Below, in pieces: positions 1 to 10,918 of a DNA stretch of 64,000 bases; position 1 is the first letter of the stretch, and each line of letters begins with the position of its first letter. The DNA is from Takakia lepidozioides (lineage: Eukaryota > Plantae > Bryophyta): positions 70,742,001 to 70,806,000 of the forward strand of contig CM060732.1 of assembly GCA_030704615.1 (NCBI GenBank), written 5' to 3'. Position numbers and translations under genes: made by a program. A model generated the notes under the pieces. It searched no databases, had not been told where the DNA came from, and saw nothing but the letters and a program-made list of their open reading frames with translations.

Positions 1-1800
1 AACTCTGAACCTCGAGCACCTCCCACGTGTGCCATGGATGCGGCCTGCACCTCGTGGTCCTCACCTGTTTGCCCCCACTCGCTGCCTGTACCGTCTCGGT
101 AGGCAGAGAAACTATGAAGGGAAGTGTACTCGCTGCTCGTGGGTGACCCACCCTATTGACCATTGCCAAAGGTGATCGATCATCGTGTCTCACATGTTAA
201 GACTGCCTCCCTTTGTCCAAAATGCTATCCACCGTCAGGTTTGGTGGCCACTGCACCCCATCAAATGCACGCTTGAGCAGTGCAGGTGGCATCAAATTGG
301 TCCACCATAGTCGTGGGCGATGAGCCCGTGACCCCATTGCAGCTGCATCTAGCAACACTGCTAACCCAAGCCAAGACCGTACTTGATGCACACTGGCCAT
401 CACCTTGGCCCGAGAATCACCCATCAATGGCACATTCTCCAAGATATATGTCGGAGAGTCTGTCTGCTGAAGCTGTAAATAGCGCATGACCCTCAACATC
501 TCCCAAAACAGGCGTGACCTTGAGTCTTGTAGCCCGTTGCCATGCCCGGCTGATGAATGCCCTTGGCAAGGCCAACCTGCTGCAAATCCTTGCTCGTACC
601 CTACAATGGAGTGTGAGGAACCATGGCAGGCAACTCCGCCGTACCATGCATGTCATCCTGCTCTGCTGGAGGTGGCACATCCTCTGCATGGGCATTGTCC
701 TCTAGCAACTCTCCAGGCCAACTAACTGCAGTTGTGAAGGCTGCTAGTATTGGCATCTTGCCCCGCTGGGCAGCAACAACAGCCCCAGTAAATGTCACAG
801 GGAGCTGTATACGACGACCATCCCCTGACTGCCATCCAGGGCTATAGGATGCTGACTCCTCCCAAAAATCTAGGGTGAAGCCCATGGGATACAACACTGC
901 CCCACCAACAAGGACATCGTAAGAGACTGCGTCTGTCACAATGGCCTTGCCTCGCATCACTGAGCCATCTATAGGATGATCCGGCTGTAGTCTAATGGCC
1001 AACTCACGCCGTGTTATGCCCCGAGCTTGCTCTGATCCTCCCAGAGATGTCTGTATCTGGAAAGGACAAGGCTCTATATCCGCTCCATGAGGCCCAAACC
1101 TGCAATAGCGGCTCTGCCCAACATCAGTGGCTGAGCTCCCGAGTCCAACAAGACCCGCCTCTTGCCTGCCGGTCCACTCAAAGAAAAAATGCCATCCTGG
1201 TTGTCTAACAAGACAACTCCAGGTGTCACCATGGCGCGCTCAAAGGCTAGCCTAGCTGGCAGCTCCGTCAACCTAGCAGCTGCAGCTTCTTATGGCGCAG
1301 CCGTGGCAGTCTTGACCCTCAAATCCGAGGATCCCTCTGCCACTACACCTTCCACTAACTCCGCAGAAGATGAAGTGACCTCCCCATTCTCGCAAAGTGT
1401 TGCTGCTAGTCTGAACATTGCAGCTGGTTTTACCCCCGGCGTCGCAATCATGGTTGCCGAGAACAAAGGGGCCTGACACACAGAGGTGGCCGCCCCCAAC
1501 AACACACTGGCTGCACTAGCCTTGGCAGCAGGTGTCAGTGCTGCACGTGTAGCTCTCCCCAATGGCACAATAACCTTCGCCTTGGTATCCGTGGGGCGAG
1601 AATTAGGTACCATGGATGTCGTCGACACTGTCTCTGCCAAGATGAATGATTGAGGCAACCTAGCCTGACGGCTTGCCTCCCCACGCTGTGGATCCAACTC
1701 CACCTCTGCACCTCGTGGCTCAGGAACTCGTGCTGCTCCTCGAGTGACGGCTGTAGCAGTCTCCACCTACACTAATGGTAGTGTTGCCCCACACATAAAT
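1..1800 (-). mobile_element. Degenerate retrotransposon fragment: low-complexity gag-like region, retropepsin aspartic protease, C5 DNA methyltransferase domain
   Basis: Minus strand: RRVLLDSGAQPLMLG (retropepsin D-S-G, ~1110-1160) and DAVSYDVLVGGAVLYPMGF (C-terminal protease motif, ~880-935), followed by a methyltransferase core. Frameshifts and stops present; continues off the left edge. Confidence 0.75.
60..610 (-). pseudogene. C5 cytosine DNA methyltransferase catalytic domain (DNMT3/DRM-like), disrupted
   Basis: Extending ORF 197..499 upstream in frame gives AGWPCQGHSSAGHGNGLQDSRSRLFWEMLRVMRY...YILENV...LDAAAMGSRAHRPRLWWTNL: motif IV (PCQ), motif VI (ENV), motif VIII (RxRxxWxN). Stop at 197-199; motif I (FxGxG) not found, probably deleted. 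Confidence 0.85.
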
Positions 1801-1801
1801 C

Positions 1802-4800
1802 CCAACGACGCAATGGCGTGAATCTTGCGCGTGAGCGCGCGAGCGTACGCTCACGCAAGAGTGACGTGGCGTGAGCGTACGCTCATGCCAGCTAACGTGG
1901 CGTGAGCCTGCACCCACACTGACGTGGCGTGAGCATCATATCAGCAGGATGATGTGGCGGCAAATGATGAAGTGGCACTGCGCCGTCATCAGCCACGTCA
2001 GCACTAACATGCATCGCCTTAACCGAGGATGGTCCTATGACCGTGGGATTAATGCAGGGAATCCTTGGTTGAATACAATCAAGACTACCATGAGGCCTAC
2101 AATTGTAGCATCCAACATTGTGCAATTACAAATGTTTCTTTCACTTTTACAATTACGAGGACGAGAAAATATCCTCACAAAGTGTGCGCCATAGAGGCTG
2201 CCACGAGAAGACTAGAGTCCCTCCCCAAATAACAATGAGAGTTAGGATCATCTTCAAAAGATGATTGCAGTGCATAGCGACAGGAAGACATGTAGACTTC
2301 GAACGGTGCAATGATGCCTGTGCTTATAAAAGTTGTCACTTAGAGCTCACTCAGTATAGTTGGAAGCATAATGGAGGGATAAGGGACGTCATATCATTGC
2401 ATCGCCGACGATGTTGCAAACGAATTGATTTGAATTGAATTTCCATGACAATGTTGCAAATTGGACATTTCATAGCATGGTCGTCCACATACCACATTGC
2501 ATAGTTGATGCTACCTATGTGTTGTATCCCGCTGCAATAGAGTATTGACCTCGTTGAAACTTAGAGTGGCCTGGTGAACGAAGTTGTCACGTTTGGGATC
2601 GCAAACCATCTTCTTCAAAAATTTGAAATACAAATGTTTGCAGGGTATGAATTTACCTCTCTTGCCCAAACTGGTTGATAGCTCACAAAATCAGGACATG
2701 TGCAATTGGAGAAATTAGAAACCGTGATGTCGTAGGCCCTGTCATGAACAGCAGATGCGGAAGTGATCATTGTGTACACCCGACCATATCCGGGATCGGG
2801 CACTTCCATGGTGCTTGCAACACGAGCTTGGAGCATTCATGCAGAGTCCACTTTGCCAAAGTGTTCAGCGGTTGGAGGGAAACGCCGAACGAGCTTTCCA
2901 TCTCGTTTGGTTGGCCACAAGTGAGGATTTGCCGGAGGTACCCGAGAGGACGCAGAAGTAGTAGCACATGCATGCAGTTGGGGTTGTCTCGCAAGGGAAA
3001 AACCTGCCTCCTCTAGCATTGCAATCTCCTGACTTGTGAGATGTGTTCCCACCTTGACGGGCCAAACGGTTGGAGGAGCTGGCTTCATCACCACGGAAGG
3101 ACGCACAATTCCATGCACACATCTGCCACAATCATCTGCGCAGAACCAGAACTTGTGATTATTGGCTTCTGGTTGACCGTATGGACGCATCAAACCCGTG
3201 AAAGTCGGAGCAGGAGTCTGGGCACCGCCTCTGGATATAGATGAAGTGCACTTCTCGAAATTAGTTGCCCTGATCGTTGTACATTTCACACGAGACCCTG
3301 CACTTGTGCGTTCTATGTGCCAAACGTGGTCCGGGCATGCGGACTCAAGCACATCAAGGGGGTTGTTTCTCTCCTGCACCATTCCAGTGGCACTGTTTGA
3401 TGTTGGAGCCTGCCGTCGTGTTGGAGGTTCCTCCAGAATGGAGGTTCTGGACATGGATCTGTCATGCAAAGGAACACGAGGCTTCGAAGAAGTTATCACG
3501 GTCTGCCCTGTGCAAATCGGAATCCGAACCAGGTGGAGTGTTCAATTTCCTCTTACACGAGCCAAATCTCTCCTCCCCTTCAAAATGTGGAACTCTTGAA
3601 ACAAGTGGCATTCCCTGGGCATACATGCTCACCGCCTGTGCTATCTTGCTTGGATCCCCAGATCTGTTTGCAACACGCAACATCAACTCCAATTTGTCCG
3701 GACCCTTGCCACCAACCCCACATCGTAAGAAATCATGGTATCGGGTTTGTTGTTGCAAGGCACGTATCAAATCATCTGTACTGCTTTGTACTCCTCTGTT
3801 TATGGTTTTCCACACCTGCAGTTTGTGACTGGTGGTACCGCCATTCACTATGAAGCCATCTTGATTTGCTTTGTACTCCTCTGTTTATGGTTTTCCACAC
3901 CTGCATGAGCGGGAAAAAAAAAAGCATGAGCGGACCATTGTGTGTCCACGGAAATAGGGTTAGGAGGCACGGAAATAGGGTCATATGAAGTTGGAATTTG
4001 GCACCAGTGGACTCGTCATAGCAATGAAATGCAACATTTTATTGCAAATTTTGTGGCAAGCCACATCTCTACAAGTGTGTCGTAACTGTCATAGCCGGAA
4101 TGGGCACTACTCTCCTACACCCTCCGAGGAACTTGCCCCGCCTTCCTCCTCATCCCCCTCATCCCCCCCATCCTCCGAGCTCTGTGATGCATCAGTTCCA
4201 CTATGCCTCTCAAAAATTCCGTCCTCTCCTTGGGGGACTGTCCACCTCACCTCCTGGGAATCTTCTGCCTCTTCTCCCCCACTTTCCTCAGCAGAATCCA
4301 AGACAAATCTACAAGCCTGACGGGCTCTAATAGTTGCTGCCTCCTCCCTCATCTTCATTTTCTTGAGGCTTGCCTCGTCTAAAATCTGTTGTACACGACT
4401 AGGTTCGGAAGACCTCCTAATGGACACCGAAGCAAGCCGGGCAGCATAAAGTAGGAAGGATGTAGTCCCTTTCTGGACTAGGCATGAAATCCCCCCTGGC
4501 AAATAAAGGCACGTTCCTCCTGCCCATGAACTGCGGTGTAGACGTCCCTCCTGCAATACTTGGCATCCTGCAGTAAGAACAAATCCACTTTAAGAATGTC
4601 AATACCAGCAGAAGCAAAAAAGGGTCTTTCAATGAAATAAGAGAGCGAAGGGAGGTGCCTCACGAAATCAGGATGCAACTTACAATGCGACCACTCACTT
4701 GTAAACTGGGGGCTCCTCGGCTTCGATCCCAACTTAACGTGACAACTTCATTCACTAGGCCACTATGAGTTTCAACGAGGTCGATACTCTATTGCAGCGG

Positions 4801-5454
4801 GATACAACACATGGGTAGCATCAACTATGCAATGTGGTATGTGGACGACCATGATTTGAAATGTGTAATTCACATCAATTCGTCGGCGGTGCAATGATAT
4901 GGCCTCCAACTATACTGAGTGAGCTCTGAGTGACAACTTTTAAAAGCACATTTGGCATTGCATCGTTCGAAGTCTACATGTCTTGCTATCGCTATGCACT
5001 ACAATCATCTTTTGAAGATGATCTTAACTCTCATTGTTATTTGAGGAGGGAGGAAGGTCTTCCCGTGGCAGCCTCTATGGCACACACTTTGTGAGGATAT
5101 TTTCTCGTCCTCGTAATTGTAAAAATGAAACAAGCATTTGTAATTGCACAATGTTGGATGCTACAATTGTAGGCCTCATGGTAGTCTTGATTCTATTTAG
5201 GTAAGATTCTCTGCATTAATTCCACGGTCATAGGACCATCCTCGGTTATAGGCGGCGCATGTTAATGCTGACGTGGCAGATGACGGACAGTGCCACATCA
5301 TCATTGCCGCCACATCAGTATGCTGACATGACGCTCACGCCACGTCAGCGTGGGTGCAGGCTCACGCCACGTCAGCTGGCGTGAGCGTACGTCACTCCTG
5401 CATGAGCGTACGCTCGCGCACTCACACGCAACGCTCACGCCATTGCGTCGTTGG
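1802..5454. mobile_element. Long inverted-repeat (foldback/MULE-like) element with SWIM-protein remnant
   Basis: 1802-~2600 is a diverged reverse complement of ~4725-5454 (ccaacgacgcaatggcgtga ... tcacgccattgcgtcgttgg); no TSD recognised. Confidence 0.75.
2510..3820 (-). pseudogene. SWIM zinc-finger MULE-related protein, C-terminal part, frameshifted
   Basis: YDITVSNFSNCTCPDFV...CKHLYF (SWIM CxC..CxH across a frameshift); upstream pieces in ORFs 2837..3499 and 3462..3848 lie in different frames. Confidence 0.65.
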
Positions 5455-6349
5455 TGGTAGAGATCTCCCTCCCGAGCCAATCGACTTCCTAACACCTCAA
5501 TGTTTTTTTGATAGCAACCTGGTTTGGATGATAAAGTTCCTAAATATGAAAAAGGTGGCCGCAGAGGAGGGCAAAAGGGTGCCTGCAGAGGAGGATGATA
5601 ATCAAAAGGGTGGCAGAGGGTTAAAAAACGGAATGAGAATGTCATTAATTCATTGTTTTTGGGATGAAAGGACACATGTCAGCAAGTTTATGACCTAAAA
5701 AACAAAAAAACCTAAAACACACATATTCTTTCTTCTTTCATTTTTTTCCTCCCATAAAACACAAAACTAAACATAGTGACATATAATCTTCATTACTGTT
5801 TACAAGCTTTGTGAGCCAAGTTACTTGGTAATTTTATTTGTATTTCCAAGAGCCTTGCAAACATTGATACTTCTATGTGCCATGTAGCATTAGGCAGGGT
5901 CTTTTTGTGCCGGAGTTCAAATATGCCACTTAGTGTAGATTGACTGAAATGCAATATAAGCCAATTTAAGGTTTTCTACTTATGAATGGTGGTTTAAATT
6001 TTTTTGGTGGTGAGTGCTTTCTCCGGCCTCTTGGTTGGAGCGAAGTGGATAAAGGGTCGGACCCAGAAATAGAAGCGGAAGGCTTAAGGAAAAAAATCAT
6101 ACCAAAAATAATAATTTGGCATAATTTCTGCCTAGTCTCCAATGATGCCTAAACCCTCCAATTTGCTATGTCAATTCTAGGTTATTCGCCTCAACAAGTC
6201 CACTAGGTTTTAGGTTCACTCGCCCAATACCCATTCAAAATCTCATATTATCGCCAGCCATTTCCACTCCGCATTTTGTACAAGCGCCAGACATGCTCCT
6301 CTAAGGTTCTAATGGATGCCACTTGTGCTACAATGTAAATACCTTAAGA

Positions 6350-6790
6350 GAAACGCTGGCTCTGGTTCTCTAGTATTTCTGCAGATCGCATAACATTCTT
6401 GTCGTGGCAATCCTTTGGTTTTGCCTTCTTCCTCTTCTGCTAGTATCTAGAATCTCGCAAAAAGAAAACGTTTTCCAAGGCAGTTATCAGTCTGCGGAGC
6501 ACCGCAGCTTTCGATGGCGTATTTTTCGTCTCCAAGGTTTGTGTGGCATCAATATTATTCCCTTCCAATTTTAGCAGCTCTGGTTACTCTAGTACGGTAT
6601 TTCTGAAGATATCATTGCAGAACATTCTTGTCGTGGCAAACCTTTGGTTTTGTCTTCTTCCTCTTCTGCTCGTAAGTATCTAGAATCTCGCAAAACGTGG
6701 TTTTGTCTTCTTCCTCTTCTGCTCGTAAGTATCTAGAATCTCGCAAAACGTGGTTTTGTCTTCTTCCTCTTCAATTTTGCAGCACTTCTG
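6350..6790 (+). repeat. Local tandem duplications of a segment that is also found just upstream of the P450
   Basis: gtatctagaatctcgcaaaa and ggttttg(c/t)cttcttcctcttc recur three or more times; ccaattttagcagct at ~6566 recurs at ~10826. Confidence 0.6.
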
Positions 6791-7240
6791 TTACCGTAGT
6801 GGGATCGCCGGTTAGGCACAAATTAATTCGAAAAAATTGTGCCTAATTTAATAAATTATTTTTTACAAGAGTGCCTAATTTAAAAACATTATCTTCAAAC
6901 AGTGCCTATTTTTCAGAAATTTCTCTAATAGGTACTGTAGTAGGCTATGGTATAAAAACTTTGAATTTAAATTAAAAACAAATATAAAATAGAAAACAGA
7001 TCTAGAAATGATATTCACTTAAAACGTCATCCATGGACTCAGTTTTCAATTCTCATCCATGGCAGCGGCTGTATATTTATATTTTTGTGTTTTTTTTCTT
7101 TTGTTTTTGTTAATTAAAAAAGGGGAGGAAGCCCTTGGAGTGTGTTTTCGTTTTGTGATAATTACTTTTAGTTGCAAAAAACTTTAAGAAAAAAACTTTT
7201 TCAAGGCATGTTAGTAGTTTTTTTTTAATAAATTTTAAAA

Positions 7241-7456
7241 GGGAAACACCTGGGAGCGACAGCTCACAAATCAGGCCCCTTGATAGAGAGGAGAAAATAA
7301 CCTCTCAGTAACCTCGCCCTAAGGCTTTCCGGATGGGTTCGCTCTTCTCCCCCTTGCCTGCGCAGTGTCGACACCCATCAAATAGCAGGATTTGACCCCA
7401 GGGTCATCCGGATGGCACTCAGCGCACTTTACCAACCGAGCTACTGAGTGTTGGTG
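7241..7456 (-). mobile_element. tRNA-derived SINE family A (tRNA-Gly(GCC)-like head)
   Basis: Minus strand: A box tagctcggttggtaaagtgcg, GCC in the loop, B box ggggtcaaatcc. Tail gaggttattttctcctc...ggggcctgatttgtgagctgtcgctcccaggtgtttccc shared with copies at ~10730, ~39260 and ~55460. Confidence 0.75.
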
Positions 7457-8179
7457 TTGGTAGATTGTAGTGACTAGATGTTGGCCTGCGGAAAGCTGAT
7501 AAAGGTGAGATTTCTTAGTTTAGTTTGTTGCAAGAGAGAGTAATTAGGGTGATGATGCAATGATTGTGTGAGGTGTTTGGTGGTGCACAGTCCAACAGTG
7601 AGGCCCACATTTTTTTTTATCTTGCCCACTTTTTGAGAAACTTTTAGGATTTACAAAATGGGACCGTTGACTACATTCTACATTCCCTACCTGGGGCAAC
7701 GGGCAGGGCATCTTCATAACTTCTTGACATGTGGCCTGATGGGCCTCTGGCAGGTGTTATTTGACGGCGAGGGTTCTAGTTTGATTGGCTCCTCCTTGCC
7801 GGAGGATATTGCCAAAATCAGTTTGATCCTCGTTGCCTTCCCCAGGTGAACCTGTAATGTAGATTAGGGCCTGGACAAATGATGAAAACTTATAAGTGCA
7901 TAGATGATTGTTATACACTTTTATTTAATTTTTAATTTTTTTAAGGGAAACCTGGGATGAAAATTTATAAGTGCAAAAATGATTGTTATATTTTTTAAAT
8001 AGGAAACCTGGGAGCGACTTCTATTTCTTTAAGAAAATTAACATTAATGCTTGTGTAAATCCTACCCTTGCATCTAAATTTCGTTTTGAGTAAGCTCACT
8101 TTTGTAGTACATTTCACACCCTCACTACATGGGCTGAGTAGAAGAGAAGTGAAGTGGGCGCTTGTTGTTGCTGAAGCAA

Positions 8180-8325
8180 GCGTAACTTATGGTGTCAATT
8201 GACCCAGAAGGGCTATTGCCTTCCGGTAGGAAGGTGGACACCTTTTGTAACAACCAAGAGGGTGGTTTGAACCCACAACCACTCATAAGAGGGTATATGC
8301 CCTTACCAATGGGCTACATGTTGGT
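8180..8325 (-). mobile_element. tRNA-derived SINE family B
   Basis: Homologous to 8865-9010; minus strand tagcccattggtaagggca...gggttcaaacc (A/B boxes). Confidence 0.6.
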
Positions 8326-8696
8326 TGTTCATGGGTTGAGTAAAACATCTTACCGTCAATGGGTCAATTTTTGGAAAAAAAAAAAAAAAAAACAAAAAGT
8401 TGCCTAATTTGAAAAGATTACACATCCAAGATGCCTAATTTAATTTTTTTTTTTCTCAAAAGTGCCTAACTGCCACATGGCTACAAAAATAATTATTAGG
8501 CAGGCAACTAGCTATCCCACTACGGTATCTAAAATCTCGCACAAGAAAATGTTTTCCATTGGTGATCAGTCTACCACTTCAAACGAAGATGCCTTATCCG
8601 GACCCTTCAACATGTCCAAAATGTAATACATGGCCGACGGTGGTGTCTAATGTTTCTTTTTCCAAAGTGGAAAAAGTTGACTGGTCCTTTAAGGAT

Positions 8697-8835
8697 TAAT
8701 GGGCACATACCACCTTGGAAGTGGTTGTGGGTTCAATCCACCGACTGGTGTCCCAAGGGTTACTCCCTTCCGCTAAGGCAGTAACCCTTGGGCTTCAAGA
8801 GACACCATATTTGAAGCTTCCTTCTTGGAGGCATC
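8697..8835 (+). mobile_element. tRNA-derived SINE family B, 5'-truncated
   Basis: taatgggcacataccaccttggaagtggttgtgggttcaatccaccg matches the reverse complement of 8945-8992. Confidence 0.6.
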
Positions 8836-8849
8836 AAAAAAGAAAGTAT

Positions 8850-9010
8850 GAGCCTCCCGAAGGGAGCGTAACTTATGGTGTCACTTGATCCCAAAAAGGG
8901 CTACTGCATTCCAACACAAGTGGACACCTTCATGACACAGGAGACGGTGGTTTGAACCCACAACCACATCCAACGTGGTATGTGCCCATTACCACTGGGC
9001 TACATGTTGT
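8850..9010 (-). mobile_element. tRNA-derived SINE family B
   Basis: Minus strand tagcccagtggtaatgggcac (A box) ... gggttcaaacc (B box). Confidence 0.65.
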
Positions 9011-9801
9011 CGGAGGCATCATGAATACTGTGTTAATGTGCTTTTGTCACCTCCCTTTCAAAAAACGTAAAAACCTGACCTAATTTTTGCTTTGTATTTG
9101 GAGGTACCTTCCCCAGCAGAGCTCTCCTGTTTTTGGAGGTACCTTACAAATTTGTAAGGCCCTACTAGCTACGGTTTTCACGTTGAAAGCCCCGGGTAGC
9201 TACGGTTTTCACGTTGGGGAGGGGGAAGGCCCCTCGTGTGGGGCCTTCTTGGATTTTCGGGCCCTCGCCTTGAGCTTGCGCCCTAAATCCAGGAAGGCCC
9301 TCCACTGGGGCCTTCCCGTACACAAAAAGTCCCCAAAAAGGCCCAAGTGACACCTGACTTCGTCAAACTGTCCCAATATAGTGGGGCGATTATTTTGTAT
9401 GTGGAGGGGTTTGAGTGGCGCACCTTCCATCCACTCTCGCTAAGGGCTATAATAATTAGTATGGAGTATTGTCAATGCTTAGAGGGAGCTACAGCTGGGC
9501 CTCCGTATCTGTGACCTCCATAAGTGTTAAAAAAACTATATGTGTTAGCACAATTCTTACTCCCTACTTGGGTGAACTAAGCAAGTGTTTAAGTGTTTAA
9601 CTGTTAAACACTGGTTACTCCCCTCTTTGTATAATGACCATGTGTATGTGTTAACGTGCTCTTATTCACTCAAGTTACATTCACATCAGACCCCTCATAG
9701 AATCTTTCTTCCAACCTACGGTGCATGTAACTCATCAGCCGTGATGGCAATTTTTTTATCAATGTGAACTTTTTTTAGGGCTACCATGTAGGAGTGAACT
9801 T

Positions 9802-10795
9802 TAGTTAGTAGCTCAGTTGGTTAAGTGCACTGGGTGCCACCCAGACGATTTTGGGGTCAAAACCAGTGTTGGACCGGTATCATCAATATTTCATACCAAC
9901 CAGTGTATGGTATTGTCGGTGAAGAGGCCTCCCTCATACTTGGCAGGTAATGGTATCAAGGTAGGTATTAAGCTTTTAATGTACCAGTCTGGTATGTATA
10001 TTGTTTTTGTTTGGCCTGGTATGGTATGGTATCAGTATTTCAAATTTCAAAACTTATACTAGGGGTATATCAATACTGGTATCAATACAGATTTTTTTTA
10101 TTTTAAATTAAAAAATAAAAATCTGTCCAAATTATACCTTCACTTCAGTAGCTGAAGTGATCACCTCAGCGGCTGAGTGCCGCAATTCATAATAACAAGG
10201 AGCTGGATCTCACCTTAGGTAATTTGAGGTCACCTTATAAGAGCCATATTACAGGCTGATAAATGAGACAATGCTCCAAGCCTAAGCAGATTTTTGAATG
10301 GCAAAATCAGAGCCCCCAAAATCGCCATTCAGATCGTCTCAATCAAAGAGCCGCAACTCTCCATTGCTGCACCCTAAATCCCTAACGCTCCACATATTGA
10401 TACCTAGGGTTCAAGTGACAGCGGAAGACATAGTACTGGTATCAACAAAATTGCGTTCCTTGTGATACCCAGGCTGGTCTGGTAGGAGCCCAGGTATTAG
10501 CGTTATACTATATTGCCCCCAATATGTTCTACCCGGGGTATTGCCAGTTGTTTATACCCGCCTGGTCTGGTACCCTGATGCAATACCCTTACCTGTGCTG
10601 ATACCCCGCCTCACCCCCATATACCTGTCCAACACTGGTCAAAACCTGTTACTTGACGGGTGTGGTGTATCCCCCCCTCCCTTCCGGGGTGTCCCATTTC
10701 TCAGCCTCCATGGTGCGGGTACTATGAAAGAGGTTATTTTCTCCTCTCACTATCAAGGGGCCTGATTTGTGAGCTGTCACTCCCAGGTGTTTCCC
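9802..10795 (+). mobile_element. SINE family A interrupted by a hAT MITE
   Basis: Head tagctcagttggttaagtgcactgggtgccacccag...ggggtcaaaac (9808-9863) resumes at 10638 and ends in the family tail at ~10795. Confidence 0.8.
9864..10637. mobile_element. hAT-type MITE (CAGTGTTGGAC TIR, perfect 8-bp TSD GTCAAAAC)
   Basis: gtcaaaac|cagtgttggac ... gtccaacactg|gtcaaaac; many internal ggtat/atacc subterminal motifs. Confidence 0.9.
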
Positions 10796-10918
10796 TCTTA
10801 AGAAAATAATAGATATTATCCCTTTCCAATTTTAGCAGCTGTGTCGAGTATTTAAGCAGATCGCAGTGCATTGTTGTGGCAGACTGACTCCCGGAAGAGG
10901 TGATTTGAGAGCGCCAAT

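Larger units (their letters stand above)
6794..8525. mobile_element. Tc1/mariner-type non-autonomous element (TA TSD) containing nested SINEs
   Basis: TA|ccgtagtggga ... tcccactacgg|TA terminal inverted repeats; subterminal gtgcctaattt repeats at both ends. Confidence 0.7.

Noticed and set aside
7370-7456. Genuine tRNA genes at the A/B-box sequences (also ~9805, ~40890, ~55255)
   Set aside because: No proper acceptor stem and, for most copies, a shared non-tRNA tail; they are SINE heads.
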